Origin: Squalus acanthias | Lineage: Eukaryota | DNA length: 64,000 nucleotides | NCBI GenBank assembly: GCA_030390025.1 | Contig: CM059431.1 | Span: 152,088,001-152,152,000 of the forward strand | Reading direction: 5' to 3' | Shown: in pieces, positions 12,870 through 24,515 of the stretch | Position numbering within the stretch: position 1 is the stretch's first letter | Layout of the letters: each line of letters starts with the position of its first letter | Translations under genes and position numbers: made by a program | The notes under the pieces: model-generated | The model's input: the letters and a program-made list of their open reading frames with translations, nothing else | Databases searched by the model: none | What the model was told of the DNA's origin: nothing

Positions 12870-13720
12870 AACGATAGTTCGAGGGCGCTAATGGGGTGCA
12901 AAACAACTGGTTTCCGGGCGCGCCGTTTTTTTTGCGCCACTCGCGATATTGACCAGACATTTTGCGGCGCTAAACACTACCACCACGATCTACTGCGCCC
13001 ACAGATCGTGACGTCAGTCGATCGTGCAAGGCCCCGGTAGTGCCCGGACCGGAGATGGAGTGGTGGCCCCTTCCTTACCTCCTGCCGCTAGAAGCGACCT
13101 GTTGAGGTGTGCTTTCTGCAGTCGGGAAGGGACAGGGGAACGCTATTTAAAGGTGATCGCTTCCTGCCTTTTTTTTATCTGTGACATTTTTGCACCACGC
13201 ATTCTGAGGGAGAGGGAGAAACTTCTACAGAGATTCAACGCTGTGTGAAGGAGTTTTGGGTCCTGAGCAGCACTTTGCAGGTTCATTTTGATTTCACCAT
13301 CCTTGTATCGATTTAGAAGAGACTTTGTGGGCTGCACTCTGAGCTCTTTCCCTGGGTCTCTCCATTGTTTTTTCCAGCATATTTGATGTGCAGGTCTCTC
13401 CAGGGCGACATTCAAGGCTGCAATGAGCAGGGGTGGATGGAGAGCAAGATCGACCCTACCCTTTAAGAAGTGGCCGGTGCCAGTGTGTCTGTGTTCCATT
13501 GCTGACTGACATCACATGAGCTTCGCCAGGGCTCTGAGGTGGTGCCTCGCTCCATGGCGGTCGCGCCTTAAGAGATGTGTGTAGCGCCTGATTTCGCACT
13601 CAAATCACCTCCAGGGTCGATAGAAGCCAAGTTTGCTGTCGGAGGCGATAATTAGCGCCAGGTGCTAAACTTTGCACCCGGCCGATAATTGCGCCTCAAA
13701 CGGGGCGTTAACGAATGTCT
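12870..13720. mobile_element. Probable non-autonomous (Harbinger-type) DNA transposon remnant
   Basis: CpG-rich ends with imperfect inverted similarity (gagggcgctaatggggtgcaaaac vs aactttgcacccgg..ttgcgcctc). No convincing ORF. Confidence 0.4.
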
Positions 13721-13726
13721 CCTCCA

Positions 13727-14620
13727 TTGTATATTTATAGCACCTTTAATGTAGTAAAACGTCACAAACTGCTTCACAGGATTATTATCAGACGAAAATT
13801 TGATACCGAGCCACATAAGAAAAAATTAGTGCAGGTGACCAAAAGCTTGGTCAAAGTGGTAGGCCTCAAGGAGCATCATAAAGTAAGAAGGAGAGGTAAA
13901 GATGCGAAAATGTTTAGGGAGCGAGTACCAGAGCATAGGGCCTAGGCAGCTGAAGGGACAGACACCAATGCTTGAGCTATTATAATCAGGGATTCTCAAG
14001 TGGGTAGAATTAGAGGAGCACAGATATGTTGTGGGTTTGTGAGCTGAAGGAGATTACAGAGATAGGGAGGGCTGGGGCCACGGCGGGATTTGAAAACAAG
14101 GATGAATATTTTGAAATAAGGCATTGCTTAACCGGGAGCCAATACAGATCCGCGAGCACAGGGGTGATGGGTGAACGGGACTTGGTGCGAGTTAGGACTC
14201 GTGAAGCAGTGTTTCGGATGACCTCAAGTTTAGTTAAGGTTGAATGTGGGAGGCCAGCCAGGAGTGCGTTGGAATAGTCAAGTCGAGAGTTAACTAAGGC
14301 ATGGATGAGGGTTTCAGCTGCGGAGGAGCTGAGGCAGCAGCGGAGATGGGCAATGTTATGGAGGTGTTAGTAGGCGGTTTTATGCCGCTGATATGTGGTT
14401 GCAAGCTCATTCAGGGTCAAATATGGCACTATGTTTGCAAACTGTCCTCAGCCTCAGACATATGCTAGGGAGAGGGATGGAGTCAGTGAATATGGAACGG
14501 AGTTTGTGGAGGGGACTAAAACAATAGCTTCGGTCTTCCCAATATTTAATTGGAGAAACTTTCTGCTCATCCAGTACTTGATGTCGGACACACAGTTTGA
14601 CAATTTAGAGATGGATGGAG
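13727..14620 (-). mobile_element. L2-clade LINE 3' fragment
   Basis: Minus-strand translation SKLSNCVSDIKYWMSRKFLQLNIGKTEA (L2 RT C-terminal domain) and an L2-type 3' tail at ~13727-13780. Confidence 0.8.
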
Positions 14621-15269
14621 GGCTCGAGAGTATTCTGATTCTTAAAAGCTTAAGATACTGAGCTGAGAACTGTAAGACTTTTCAATCGCCCTTGAACCAT
14701 CATCAGGTGTGGCTGCAATTTGCAGCTTTAAACCATATGTTTAAGTAGTATTGCATGTACCGTGTGCTCAATAAACCTGTGACACCTCACGTCAATTTTC
14801 AAGAACGTTATTGAAAACTTTACTCCAACAACAGCCTGAGTACTTTTATAGTCCTTTGGGTTCATCTATTATTTGTGATTTAGTGCCCTTTACCCGTCAC
14901 TCGTTCACGTTAACTTTATGCTGACGTCCTCAAAAAAAAATTCCACTTAGTTTCAGGTCCCCGGAGCCCCGCTCTGCCAACCGGCTCGCATCCATCTTCT
15001 GGGGGAAGTGGTGATGAGTTGCTGGTAGGACTGAGCAGTAGGGTGATTCTCATTTAAGTAATTTTAGACGACGAACACTATCTATGCCAAGACTCAGGCA
15101 GCAGGTTGGTGTTTCCATTCCGTCAGTCAACGATGTATCTGCACCCAGCTACAATCGTGAGAAGGCGCCGTGTAATCAATGACATCATCCAATATAAACA
15201 GGTAAAATACAACGCAAAGTCATGCAAAAGTTAACCATTGCATTACCGTGTCAAATTCAATCCCATATT

Positions 15270-15577
15270 GCAGCACGGTGGCACGGTGGTTAGCAAAGTT
15301 GCCTCACAGCGCCAGGGACCCGGATTCGAATCCAGCCACAGGTTACTGTCTGTGTGGAGTTTGCACATTCTCCCCGTGTCTGCGTGGGTTTCCTCCGGGT
15401 GCTCCGGTTTCCTCCCACTGTCCAAAAATGTGCAGGTTAGGTTGACTTGGCTATGATAAATTGACCCTTAGTGTTAGGGGGATTAAATACGTGGGTTTAC
15501 AGGGATAGGGTGGGATATGTGTCGGTGCAGGCTCGATGGGCCGAAATGGCCTCTATCTGCACTGTGGGGATTCTGTG
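15270..15577 (+). mobile_element. HE1-like tRNA-derived V-SINE
   Basis: A/B-box head, V-domain core tgtgtggagtttgcacattctccccgtgtctgcgtgggtttcctccgggtgctccggtttcctccca, and a CR1-like tail. Confidence 0.88.
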
Positions 15578-15854
15578 AGAGGGTTGTGTTTCTTCGTCCT
15601 GTTTCAAATTTAATAGTTGTTGGGTTTCCTAAGTCCTCCTATTCCTAATATAAAAGTTACTGTATGTCCCTGATATTCTCATCTCCTCTATTTCTAAATA
15701 AACCTTTGCTGCGTTCCCCTCAATTCGCATATCCGTCATAACATGGCCGAAAACACGGCACAAAATCATTTCCGACGGCACGTCAGACAGCCAGCAGACA
15801 CACATTCCTCAAACACTGAGGGAAAGAGAATAACGCTGACTGAAGCTCAAAGAT

Positions 15855-16630
15855 ACACACAGCCTGACGACATACAGAGTGCAGACTGACGTCACACCGA
15901 CTGACGTCAACACAGACTGCAGACTGACCTCACACAGACTGCGGACTGACGTCACACAGACTGACGTCAACACAGACTGCAGACTTTCCTCACACAGCAT
16001 GCAGACTGACGTCACCTAGACTGACGTCATACAGACTGCAGACTGATTCGCACAGACAGCAGACTGATGCCACACGGACTGCAGACTGATGTCACACAGG
16101 CTGCAGTCAGAGTCACGCAGATTGCAGACAGAGTAACAAAGACTGCAGATAGAGTTTCACAGACGGCAGCGTGAAGTCACACAGATTGCAGAATCACTCA
16201 GACTGCAGACTGACGTCACATAAAATGCAGACAGTGTGACACAGACTGCAGAAAATGTCACACAGATTGCAGACAGAGTCACACAGACTGCAGACTTAAA
16301 TCACACAGACGGCAGACTTACGTCACACTGACTGCAGACAGAGTAACACAGACTGCAGTAAACGTCACACAGACGGCAGACGGTCGTCACACTGACTGCA
16401 GACAGACGTCGCACAGAATGTAGACTAACGTCACACAGGCGGTAGACATAGTCGCACAGATTGTAGAGTGACGTCACACAGACTGCAGACAGTCGCACAC
16501 TCTGCAGACTGACTTCACATAGACTGCAAACGGACGTCACACAGACTGCATACATCGTCACACAGACTGCAGACAGAGTCACGCAGACTGCAGACTGACG
16601 TCAGACAGAACGCAGACAGATTCACACAGA
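15855..16630 (+). repeat. ~20-22-bp minisatellite (CACACAGACTGCAGACTGACGT)
   Basis: Tandem degenerate units containing nine perfect TGACGTCA octamers. Confidence 0.9.
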
Positions 16631-16723
16631 TTTGTCTTTATCAGGACATTTGTGGGCACGGAGAGAAGCGGCTGCAGTTCCAACCACATCCACTCAGTGT
16701 CGCTATTTCAGTCGCCCATCAGA

Positions 16724-16795
16724 GCCCCGATAGCTCAGTCGTTGGAGCATCAGACTTTTAATCGAGTGTCCAGGCTTCAAGTCCCTATTCGGGCG
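16724..16795 (+). tRNA. tRNA-Lys(TTT), probable pseudogene
   Basis: GCCCCGATAGCTCAGTCGTTGGAGCATCAGACTTTTAATC-GAGTGTCCAGGCTTCAAGTCCCTATTCGGGCG matches vertebrate tRNA-Lys-UUU, with D-loop and T-stem substitutions and a 1-nt deletion. Confidence 0.85.
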
Positions 16796-16959
16796 CTGCT
16801 TTCTATCAGTGGAAACACCATTTGATTTACACTTCAAAGCAACGACTTTGTTTATAACCTATCAGTAAAGTTGGTTTATATTTCAAGACAAATGAAAAAT
16901 ATTCATGTATTATATTGAGGCTGCAGGAAAGATCAGCGTGAATTTCCAATTTTTAATGG

Positions 16960-17115
16960 TACTGAGGCCTATCCAATACATTATAAACATTTAGCATAAT
17001 TTCCTTGCTTTGTACTCTACTCCTCTGTTAATAAAGCCAAGGTTCCCATATGTTTTTAACTACATTCTCAACTTGCCCTGCCACCTTCCAAGACTTGCGG
17101 ACATAAACCCCCGGC
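16960..17115 (-). mobile_element. CR1 fragment
   Basis: Reverse complement of CR1 RT C-terminal coding sequence. Confidence 0.55.
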
Positions 17116-17123
17116 GGTGAGAT

Positions 17124-18310
17124 TAGGCCTTCGATAAGGTACCCCATAATAGACTGATGAACAAGGTCAGAGAATGCGGAGTCAGGGGACAAGTAGCAGA
17201 ATGGATTGCTGGCTGGCTTCGGAAAAAAGCAGAGTGTAGGAGTAAAGGGTAGCTATTCACAGTGGCAGAAGTTGGGTAGAGGTATTCCACAAGGATCAGT
17301 GCTGGGACCACTGCAGTGCACAATTTACAGTAACGATTTAAACTTAGGATACAAAAACACAATTTCAAAATAATTGATATCACCAAATTGCGTGTGTGTG
17401 TGTGGGGGGGGAGGCGGGGGGGGGGGGGGATAGTCAATACTGAGGAGGACTGCAACAAGTTACAGGAGAACATGAAGAAACTTGCAGAATGGGCATATAA
17501 TTGAAAAATGAAGTTCAACACTGATAAATGTGAGTTATTACATTTTGGTAGGAAGAATAGGGAGATCACTTATCACTCGGAGTGTTTGCGTCTGGGTGGG
17601 GTAGAGAGACAAAGGGATCTAGGAGTGCAAATACACAAATCACTAAAAGTTGCGACACAGGTTAGAAAGGCCATAAAAAAGAATATCAAGCATTATGGTT
17701 TATTTTTACAGAGATAGAATCGAAAAGTAGGGAAGTTATGCTAAACATGTATCGAACCTTGGGTTGACCATACTCAGAGTGCTGCGTACAGTTCTGGTCG
17801 CCATATTATACAAAGCATAGCGAGGCACTGGAGAGGGGGCAGAAAATATTTACAAAGATGATAGCAGAAATGTGAGAGTATACATATCAGGTAAGGACGG
17901 TCAGGCTGGGACTCTTTTCTCTTGAAAAAAGGAGGCTGAAGGGTTACCTAATAGAGGTCTTTAAAATTATGAAAAAAATAGATAGAGTGGATTCAGAGAG
18001 CATATTTCCACTTATGGGGAAGAGAATAACTAGAGGCCATTAATAAAAGATAGTTACCAATAATACAATAGGGAATTCAGAAGAAACTTCTTTACCCAAA
18101 GAGTGGTGAGAATGTGGAACTCGCTACTACAGGGAGTGGTTGAAGCGAATAGGATAGATGCATTTAAGGGGAGGCTAGTCAATGAGGGATAAAGCAAATG
18201 GAGGGTTATGCTGCTAGATTTAGATGAGGAAAGACGGGAGGAAGTTCGTGTGGAGCATATACGCCGGCATGGACAGGTTGGGCCGAATCGCCTGTTTCAG
18301 TGCTGTATAG
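17124..18310 (+). mobile_element. 5'-truncated CR1 LINE (RT and 3' tail)
   Basis: AFDKVPH, GIPQGSVLGP and MKFNTDKCEL motifs. The 3' tail ends at ~18310. Confidence 0.85.
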
Positions 18311-18319
18311 AGTGATTTA

Positions 18320-18750
18320 GTCATAAAGGCACAGACGGAGGCCATTTGGCCCATCGAGGCCGTGCCGGCTCTCTGTAGAGCAATTCAGTCAGTCCTATTT
18401 CCCCGCTCTATCCCCGTAGACCTGCAAGTTTATTTCCCTCAAGTGCCTATCCAGTCTCCCCTTGGAAACAATGAGTGCATCCGCTTCCACCACTTCCGTC
18501 GGCAGGGAGTTCCAGGTCCTCACCACTCGCTGTGTAAAAAAGTTTTTCCTCACAACCCCTGTTTCTCTTGCCCAAAACCTTAAATCTGTGCAGAACCAAA
18601 GGAAAATAGGAGCAGGAATAGGCCATTCTGCTCGTCGAGCATGCTCCGCCATTCAATAGGATCATGGCTGATCCTCTATCTCAATACCAATTCCAGCTCT
18701 CTCCCAATACCCCTTGATGCCTTTTGCTTCTAGAAATCTATCTATCAAAA
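18320..18750 (-). mobile_element. Two abutting CR1 3'-end fragments
   Basis: RKNFFTQRVVRTWNSLP (18395-18652 minus ORF), with a second tail at 18595-18750. Confidence 0.75.
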
Positions 18751-18755
18751 GGTAA

Positions 18756-18869
18756 TGCCAAAAGTGGGTTTCGCCTCCTAGAAAGGGAACAGAATTCACC
18801 AACTTTTGTTAAGGTAAGGATCAACATGTTTTATGAGACTGGCGCCTTAGACCACTCAGCCATCCTGAC
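18756..18869 (-). tRNA. Intron-containing tRNA-Leu(CAA)-derived pseudogene
   Basis: Minus strand reads GTCAGGATGGCTGAGTGGTCTAAGGCGCCAGTCTCATA, then ~37 nt at the canonical intron site, then TTCTG..GGAGGCG-AAACCCACTTTTGGCA. The T-arm is partly deleted and the anticodon now reads CAT. Confidence 0.75.
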
Positions 18870-19076
18870 AACTGTGCAACTCTGTCCCCTACTCCTTGTA
18901 CCACCAAATAGTGAGAACAGCCTTTCCCCGTCTAGCCTATCCAAAGTGCGAGAAATATTTCCTGACACCTGTTCATTTTCACAAGAACTATCGGTTTTTG
19001 TCCCAAAAGGAAAGCGGCAATTCTCAAACGGAACACGGGCTGTAATTGAGCTCGAATTAGGACAGGAAGATCTAGT

Positions 19077-20888
19077 TTAATTCTTCATTTAATTAACCAA
19101 TATCAAAATCAATGTCCAAGGAGATTTCACCACCTTCTTCAGCTCTTCCCTGAATTCGGTTCGGGGTCGCTGCATAAATACACGTGTTTGGACAGGAACT
19201 CAAATACATGAGCATATATCCGCTTTCAGCCAGGATGTATTCAGGGGCTTCACAATCATCCTTGTAGTAAACGGCCAGGGTGCCCGTGAAAATACTCACG
19301 GTAGCTGTCTTCCACAAGAGTAAAAAGCTGCCCAATACAGTGAAGAGTAAAATGATGGATTTTCTCCGGCCCTCCTCTCTGGATCGCTCTGATTTTCACT
19401 GCTGTGGCCCCGGAGTCCCCTGCGGCCCCTACTGCTACTACAATACGTCTGACTGTTAAACAATTAAATATTCATATCAAAGCAAAAGTCAGCAATGGAA
19501 CTAAAATACTTTGCAGTCGGAAAACGATACATATCCAGACGATGAAAAAAAGGCTTCATTGGAGCGGCAACCCCAGGAAACATTGTTAATGATTCGTTGA
19601 GATTCATGGGAGAAGCGAAAGGGGATATTTTCTATACAGAACAGCACAGTGACAGTTATTAAACCTGCTGCGGCAGTTCACACTGTGCAATACTTTGTTT
19701 TAAACTTCTGGCAACATATCTCTAGAAATCGGTCAAAATTGAACGAGACTGTAAACCACACCGACATATCCAGGGTGACAGCATTGATGTAATGAATGAA
19801 TTTAGACACGGCAGTGTAGGACAGGACTGAATGCGGAACGTGGTAACAGAAAATCAGAAACACCAGTAAATGGGAGATGATGACCGAAGATCTGCTGCTG
19901 CCATAGCCACCATGAAGACCGATATACAGTTGGAAAGGCCGCAATTTTCGCTGGAGCGAAGCAGGATTGTCAGTAGGTTCGCTGTAAGGAAGAGGGAGAA
20001 GAGGTCAGTAACGAGGATACTCAGATAAATCTCACAGGATATTGTGGGGGAATGCTCAGATGTGTCCCTACTTAGCGTTACGTGCACTGATTTTTTTAAC
20101 TATAAAGGCGAACGTTGAGGAGATTTGATTTAAAAGAAAAGAAACATTGAATATTCAATATGGAGGGTCTCTAATTCCGACTCCCTTCCAGCATACTTCA
20201 GACAGCGGTTAAATATAATGTCGCTGCAATTGCGGGAAAGATATGGCTTCAATAAAATATACAGCTGAGAATTTTTTTTTCCATACATGTCGAAAACTCT
20301 GCGCTTTTTCTATTTACGATCGCCCCGGGGGAGTTGCTCAGTAACAGAGCGGGAGCTGGTGGAGCCGCGAAGGTTTTTTGCAGCCGAGCGGAGGGGAGCA
20401 ACTCCCTGAGCGGCAATTGTTGCTCATAATATCTTTCAAAATCCCCTGTTGAGGGGAGCTTCCTGCAATCCGAGCAATTACCAACATATAATAAACAGGG
20501 AACAAAGGTACAAATGAGATTGTACCCATGCACACAAGGCAGCACATGCTGTAGTGATCCATATAGTGTTGGAGGGGCCGCGGAATCAGTCTCGCCCTCC
20601 CTCAGTACAGAGAGGAAAGTTGAGCGCCCGGTGCCCACGATCTACCGGACAGAATAGCGCTTCACCGGCCGCGCGGACTGGTAGGATTCCCACAGATATT
20701 TATCAAATTATGCCGGTGGATAAATGAATCTGCAACGGGGACCTTCATGGAATCTGTTACATAATCATTAGCAGTGAGACACTCAACATCAATTAAACAA
20801 CAGGATACATTGACTTACTGAGAAAACCAAAGGCTGCAAGTAAATGATAGTATGTGTCCTTTAGCTGTAGAATCATTGGCCGTGCCAT
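19077..20888 (-). pseudogene. GPR139-like GPCR pseudogene, copy 2 (exon 1 20888-20819, exon 2 19981-19077)
   Basis: Exon 1 reads MARPMILQLKDTYYHLLAAFGFL followed by GTAAGT; the acceptor is ccttacag|. Exon 2 fragments (NLLTILLRSSENCGLSNCIS, FNFDRFLEICCQKFK, YLSSCPNTCIYAA) lie in different frames, indicating multiple frameshifts. Confidence 0.87.
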
Positions 20889-20919
20889 TTTTAGAAGATT
20901 GTGTGAATTGGCCATTATT

Positions 20920-23900
20920 TATATTAGAGTAGGGTCGCCATCGTTTATTTTAGAGTAGGGCCACCACCAGTAATTTTAGAGTAGTGATATTTCCAGTAAA
21001 TTTAGACTAGGTTTACCACTAGTAATGTCAGAGACGGGTCACCAACAGTAATGTTACAGTAGTGTCTCCACCAGTAATGTTTGAGCCGGTTAACCACCAG
21101 TAATGTTAGAGTAGGGTCACCGCCAGTAATGATAAATTAGGGTCACCGCCAGTAATGATAGATTAGGGTCACCACCAGTAATGTTAGAGAAGGTTCACCA
21201 CCACTAATTTAAGTGTTGATTCACCACCAGTAATGCTCGAGTAGGTTCGTCCCCAGTAATGTTAGCCTTGGGACATCAACACTAATGTTAGTGTAGCGTC
21301 ACTACCAGTACCGTTCGAATAGTGTCACCACGAGTAATGTTATACTCGGTTCACCACCAATACGGTTAGAGTAGATGTAACACCAGTAATGTTATTATAG
21401 GATCAACAGCAGTAATGTTAGAGTAGACTCACCATCATTAATGATGGAGTAGGGTCACCAGCAGTAATGTAAAATAAGGTTCACCGCGAGTAATGTTAGT
21501 AGGGTTACCACCAGTAATGTTAGAATAGAGTCACCACCAGTAATGTTGGATTAGAATCACTACGAGTAATGTTAGAATAGGGTCACCACCAGTAATGTTA
21601 GAGTAGGGTCACCACCAGGCATGATAGAGTCGGGTCACCACTATTAATGTGAGACTAGATCCTCCACCAGTAATGTTAGTGTTGGTTCGCCAGTGTTAAT
21701 GATAGTCAAGGTTCACCACCATTAATGTTAGAATATATTCTCCACCATTAATGTTAAAGTAGGATCCCCGACAGTAATATGATATATCTGTCACCACCAA
21801 TAATGTCAGCGTTGGTTCACCACCAGTAATGTTAGAGTTGGAACACCAGCACTAATGTCAGAGTAGGGTCACCACCAATAATGTTAGACTAGGTTTAACA
21901 CCAGTAATGTTAGAGTCGGGTCAATACCAGTAATGTTAAAGTAGGGTTATCACCGGTAATGTTAGAGTAGGGTCATCAGCATTAATGTTAGAGAAGGTTC
22001 ACCACCAGTAAAATATACGTAGGATCACCACAAGTAATGTTAAAGTATTGCCATTAACAGTAATGATAATGCAGTTTCCCCGTCAGTAATGTTGGTGTAC
22101 AGTCATCACCAGTGTTGTTAAAATAGACTCACCACAAGTAATGCTAAAGCAGTGTTACCGCCGGTAATGGTCGAGTCAGGTCCACAGCAGTAATGTTAGA
22201 GAAGAGTCACCACAATTAATGTTAGTGCAGGGTCACCACCAGTAATGTTAGAGTAGGGTCACCACCAGTAATGTTAGAGTAGGGTCACCACCAATAATGT
22301 TAAATGAATGTCACCACCAGTAATGTTAAAGTATGATCACCGCCAGTAATATTACTGTAGGGTCAGCAGCAGTAATGTTAGGCTAGGGTCATCACCACTA
22401 ATGTTAGAGTAGGGTCACCACCAGTAATATTAAAGTAGGGTATCCTCCAGTAATGTCAGAGTAGAGTCACCACCACTAATTTTGGAGTCGTGTCACCTCC
22501 ACTAATGTTACAGTAGGCTCACAACCAATAATTTTAGATTTAATTCACAACCATTAATATTAAATTAGGACATTCTCCAGTAATGTTAGAGTAGGGTCAC
22601 AACCACTAATGGTAGAGTCGGGTCACAACCACTAAAGTTACAGTGGGCTCGCAACCAGTAATTTTAGAGTAGGGTCACTTCCAGTAATGCTAGATTACGA
22701 TCACCACCAGTAATGTTATAATAGCTTCACCGCCATTAATGTTAAAGTAGATTCACCACCATTAATGTTAGAGTAGGTTCACCAACAGTAATTTAGGAGT
22801 AGGGTCAACACCATTAGTGTTAGAGCAGATTCACCACAAGTAATGTTAGAGTAGGGTCAGCACCAGAGATAGCAGTTTAGAGTCACAACCAGTAATGTTA
22901 GAGTAGGTTCACCACCAGTAATGTTAGAGTAGAGTTACTAGCAGTAATGTTAGTGTATAGTCCCCAGCAGTAATGTTAGAGTAGGGTCACCACCAGTAAT
23001 GTTAAAGTAGAGTCACCACCAGTAATGCTAGTGTAGAGTCACCACCAGTAATGTTAGAGTAGTGTCACCACCAGTAATGTTAGAGTAGGGTCACCACCAA
23101 TAATGTTAAATGAATGTCACCACCAGTAATGTTAAAGTATGATCACCGCCAGTAATATTACTGTAGGGTCAGCAGCAGTAATGTTAGTCTAGGGTCACCA
23201 CCACTAATGTTAGAATAGGGTCACCACCAGTAATATTAAAGTAGGGCATCCTCCAGTAATGTCAGAGTAGATTCACCACCACTAATGGTGGAGTCGGGTC
23301 ACCGCCACTAATGTTACAGTAGGCTCACAACCAATAATGTTAGATTTAAGTCACCACCAGTAATATTAAAGTAGGGCATCCTCCAGTAATGTTATAGTAG
23401 GGTCACAACCACTAATGTTACAGTGGGCTCGCAACCAGTAATTTTAGAGTAGGGTCACTACCAGTAATGCTAGATTACGATCACCACCAGTAATGTTAGA
23501 ATAGCATCACCGCCATTAATGTTAAAGTAGATTCACCACCATTAATGTTAGAGTAGGTTCACCAACAGTAATTTAGGATTAGGGTCAACACCATTAGTGT
23601 TAGAGCAGATTCACCACAACTAATGTTAGAGTAGTGTCTGCACCAGAGACAGCAGTTTAGAGTCACCACCAGTAATGTTAGAGTAGGGTCACCACCAGTA
23701 ATGTTAGAGTAGAGTTACTAGCAGTAATGTTAGTGTATAGTCCCCAGCAGTAATGTTAGATTAGGGTCACCAGCAGTAATGTTAAAGTAGAGTCACCACC
23801 AGCAATGCTAGAGTAGAGTCACCACCAGTAATGTTAGAGTAGGGTCACCAGCATGAATGTTAGAGCAGATTCACCAGAAGTAATGTTAGAGTAGGGTCAG

Positions 23901-24095
23901 CACCAGAGATAGTAGTTCAGAGTCACCACCAGTAATGTTAGAGTAGGGTCACCAACAGTAATTTTAGAGTAGGGCCACCACCAGTAATATTACAGTAGAG
24001 TGACCACCTATAATGTTAGATTAGAGTCACCAGCAGTAATGTTAGAGTCGAGTCCCCAGCAGTAATATTAGAGAAAGGTCACCACCAGTATTTTA
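20920..24095 (+). repeat. 26-bp minisatellite, ~120 units, with an internal higher-order duplication
   Basis: Consensus AGTAATGTTAGAGTAGGGTCACCACC. Variant units recur at offsets of 806 and 780 bp. Confidence 0.97.
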
Positions 24096-24432
24096 GGACC
24101 TTTTCAGCAACAGCAGTGTTAGCGCCGTTTCATCACCACAATGTAAAACCAATTATAGATATGTAATGGATGAGAGAAGTTTTCACCCGATTATTATGAG
24201 GCCCCAAGAACCTAACGCCTTGCCCGGGAGTGGTGCTCCCTTCAGAAATCACATCTCTGGCGCAAAGCTTACTTTCCGATCATTAATTTTAATGGGCGGA
24301 TTTTCATGTACTGAGGGACACAATTTCCCCATTGGCATCCCCGGTGCACTGTAGTGGAAATTGTTTGTTACGTGATCGTAAGAAACGTCAGTTATTGTGG
24401 AATCTGATTTTCTCACGGGGCACCGAGTGTTC

Positions 24433-24438
24433 TATAAA
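24433..24438 (+). promoter_or_regulatory. Candidate TATA box of GPCR copy 3
   Basis: TATAAAGGGG lies ~80 nt upstream of ATG 24516. The homologous site in copy 1 (3550) reads AATAAAGGGG. Confidence 0.4.
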
Positions 24439-24515
24439 GGGGGAGCATTTGCGGATCTCAGATACACTCCAGTCAGAAACGTAAACCGGACAGAATTCAC
24501 ACAATATTCTATAAA

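Noticed and set aside
13143..13499. 118-aa minus-strand ORF in the putative MITE
   Set aside because: No recognisable domain; likely incidental.
15011..15035. C/D-box snoRNA-like TGATGA...CTGA
   Set aside because: The boxes are only ~13 nt apart and there is no terminal stem.
20920..24095. CRISPR-like array
   Set aside because: The 26-bp units are head-to-tail with no unique spacers, there are no cas genes, and the context is eukaryotic.
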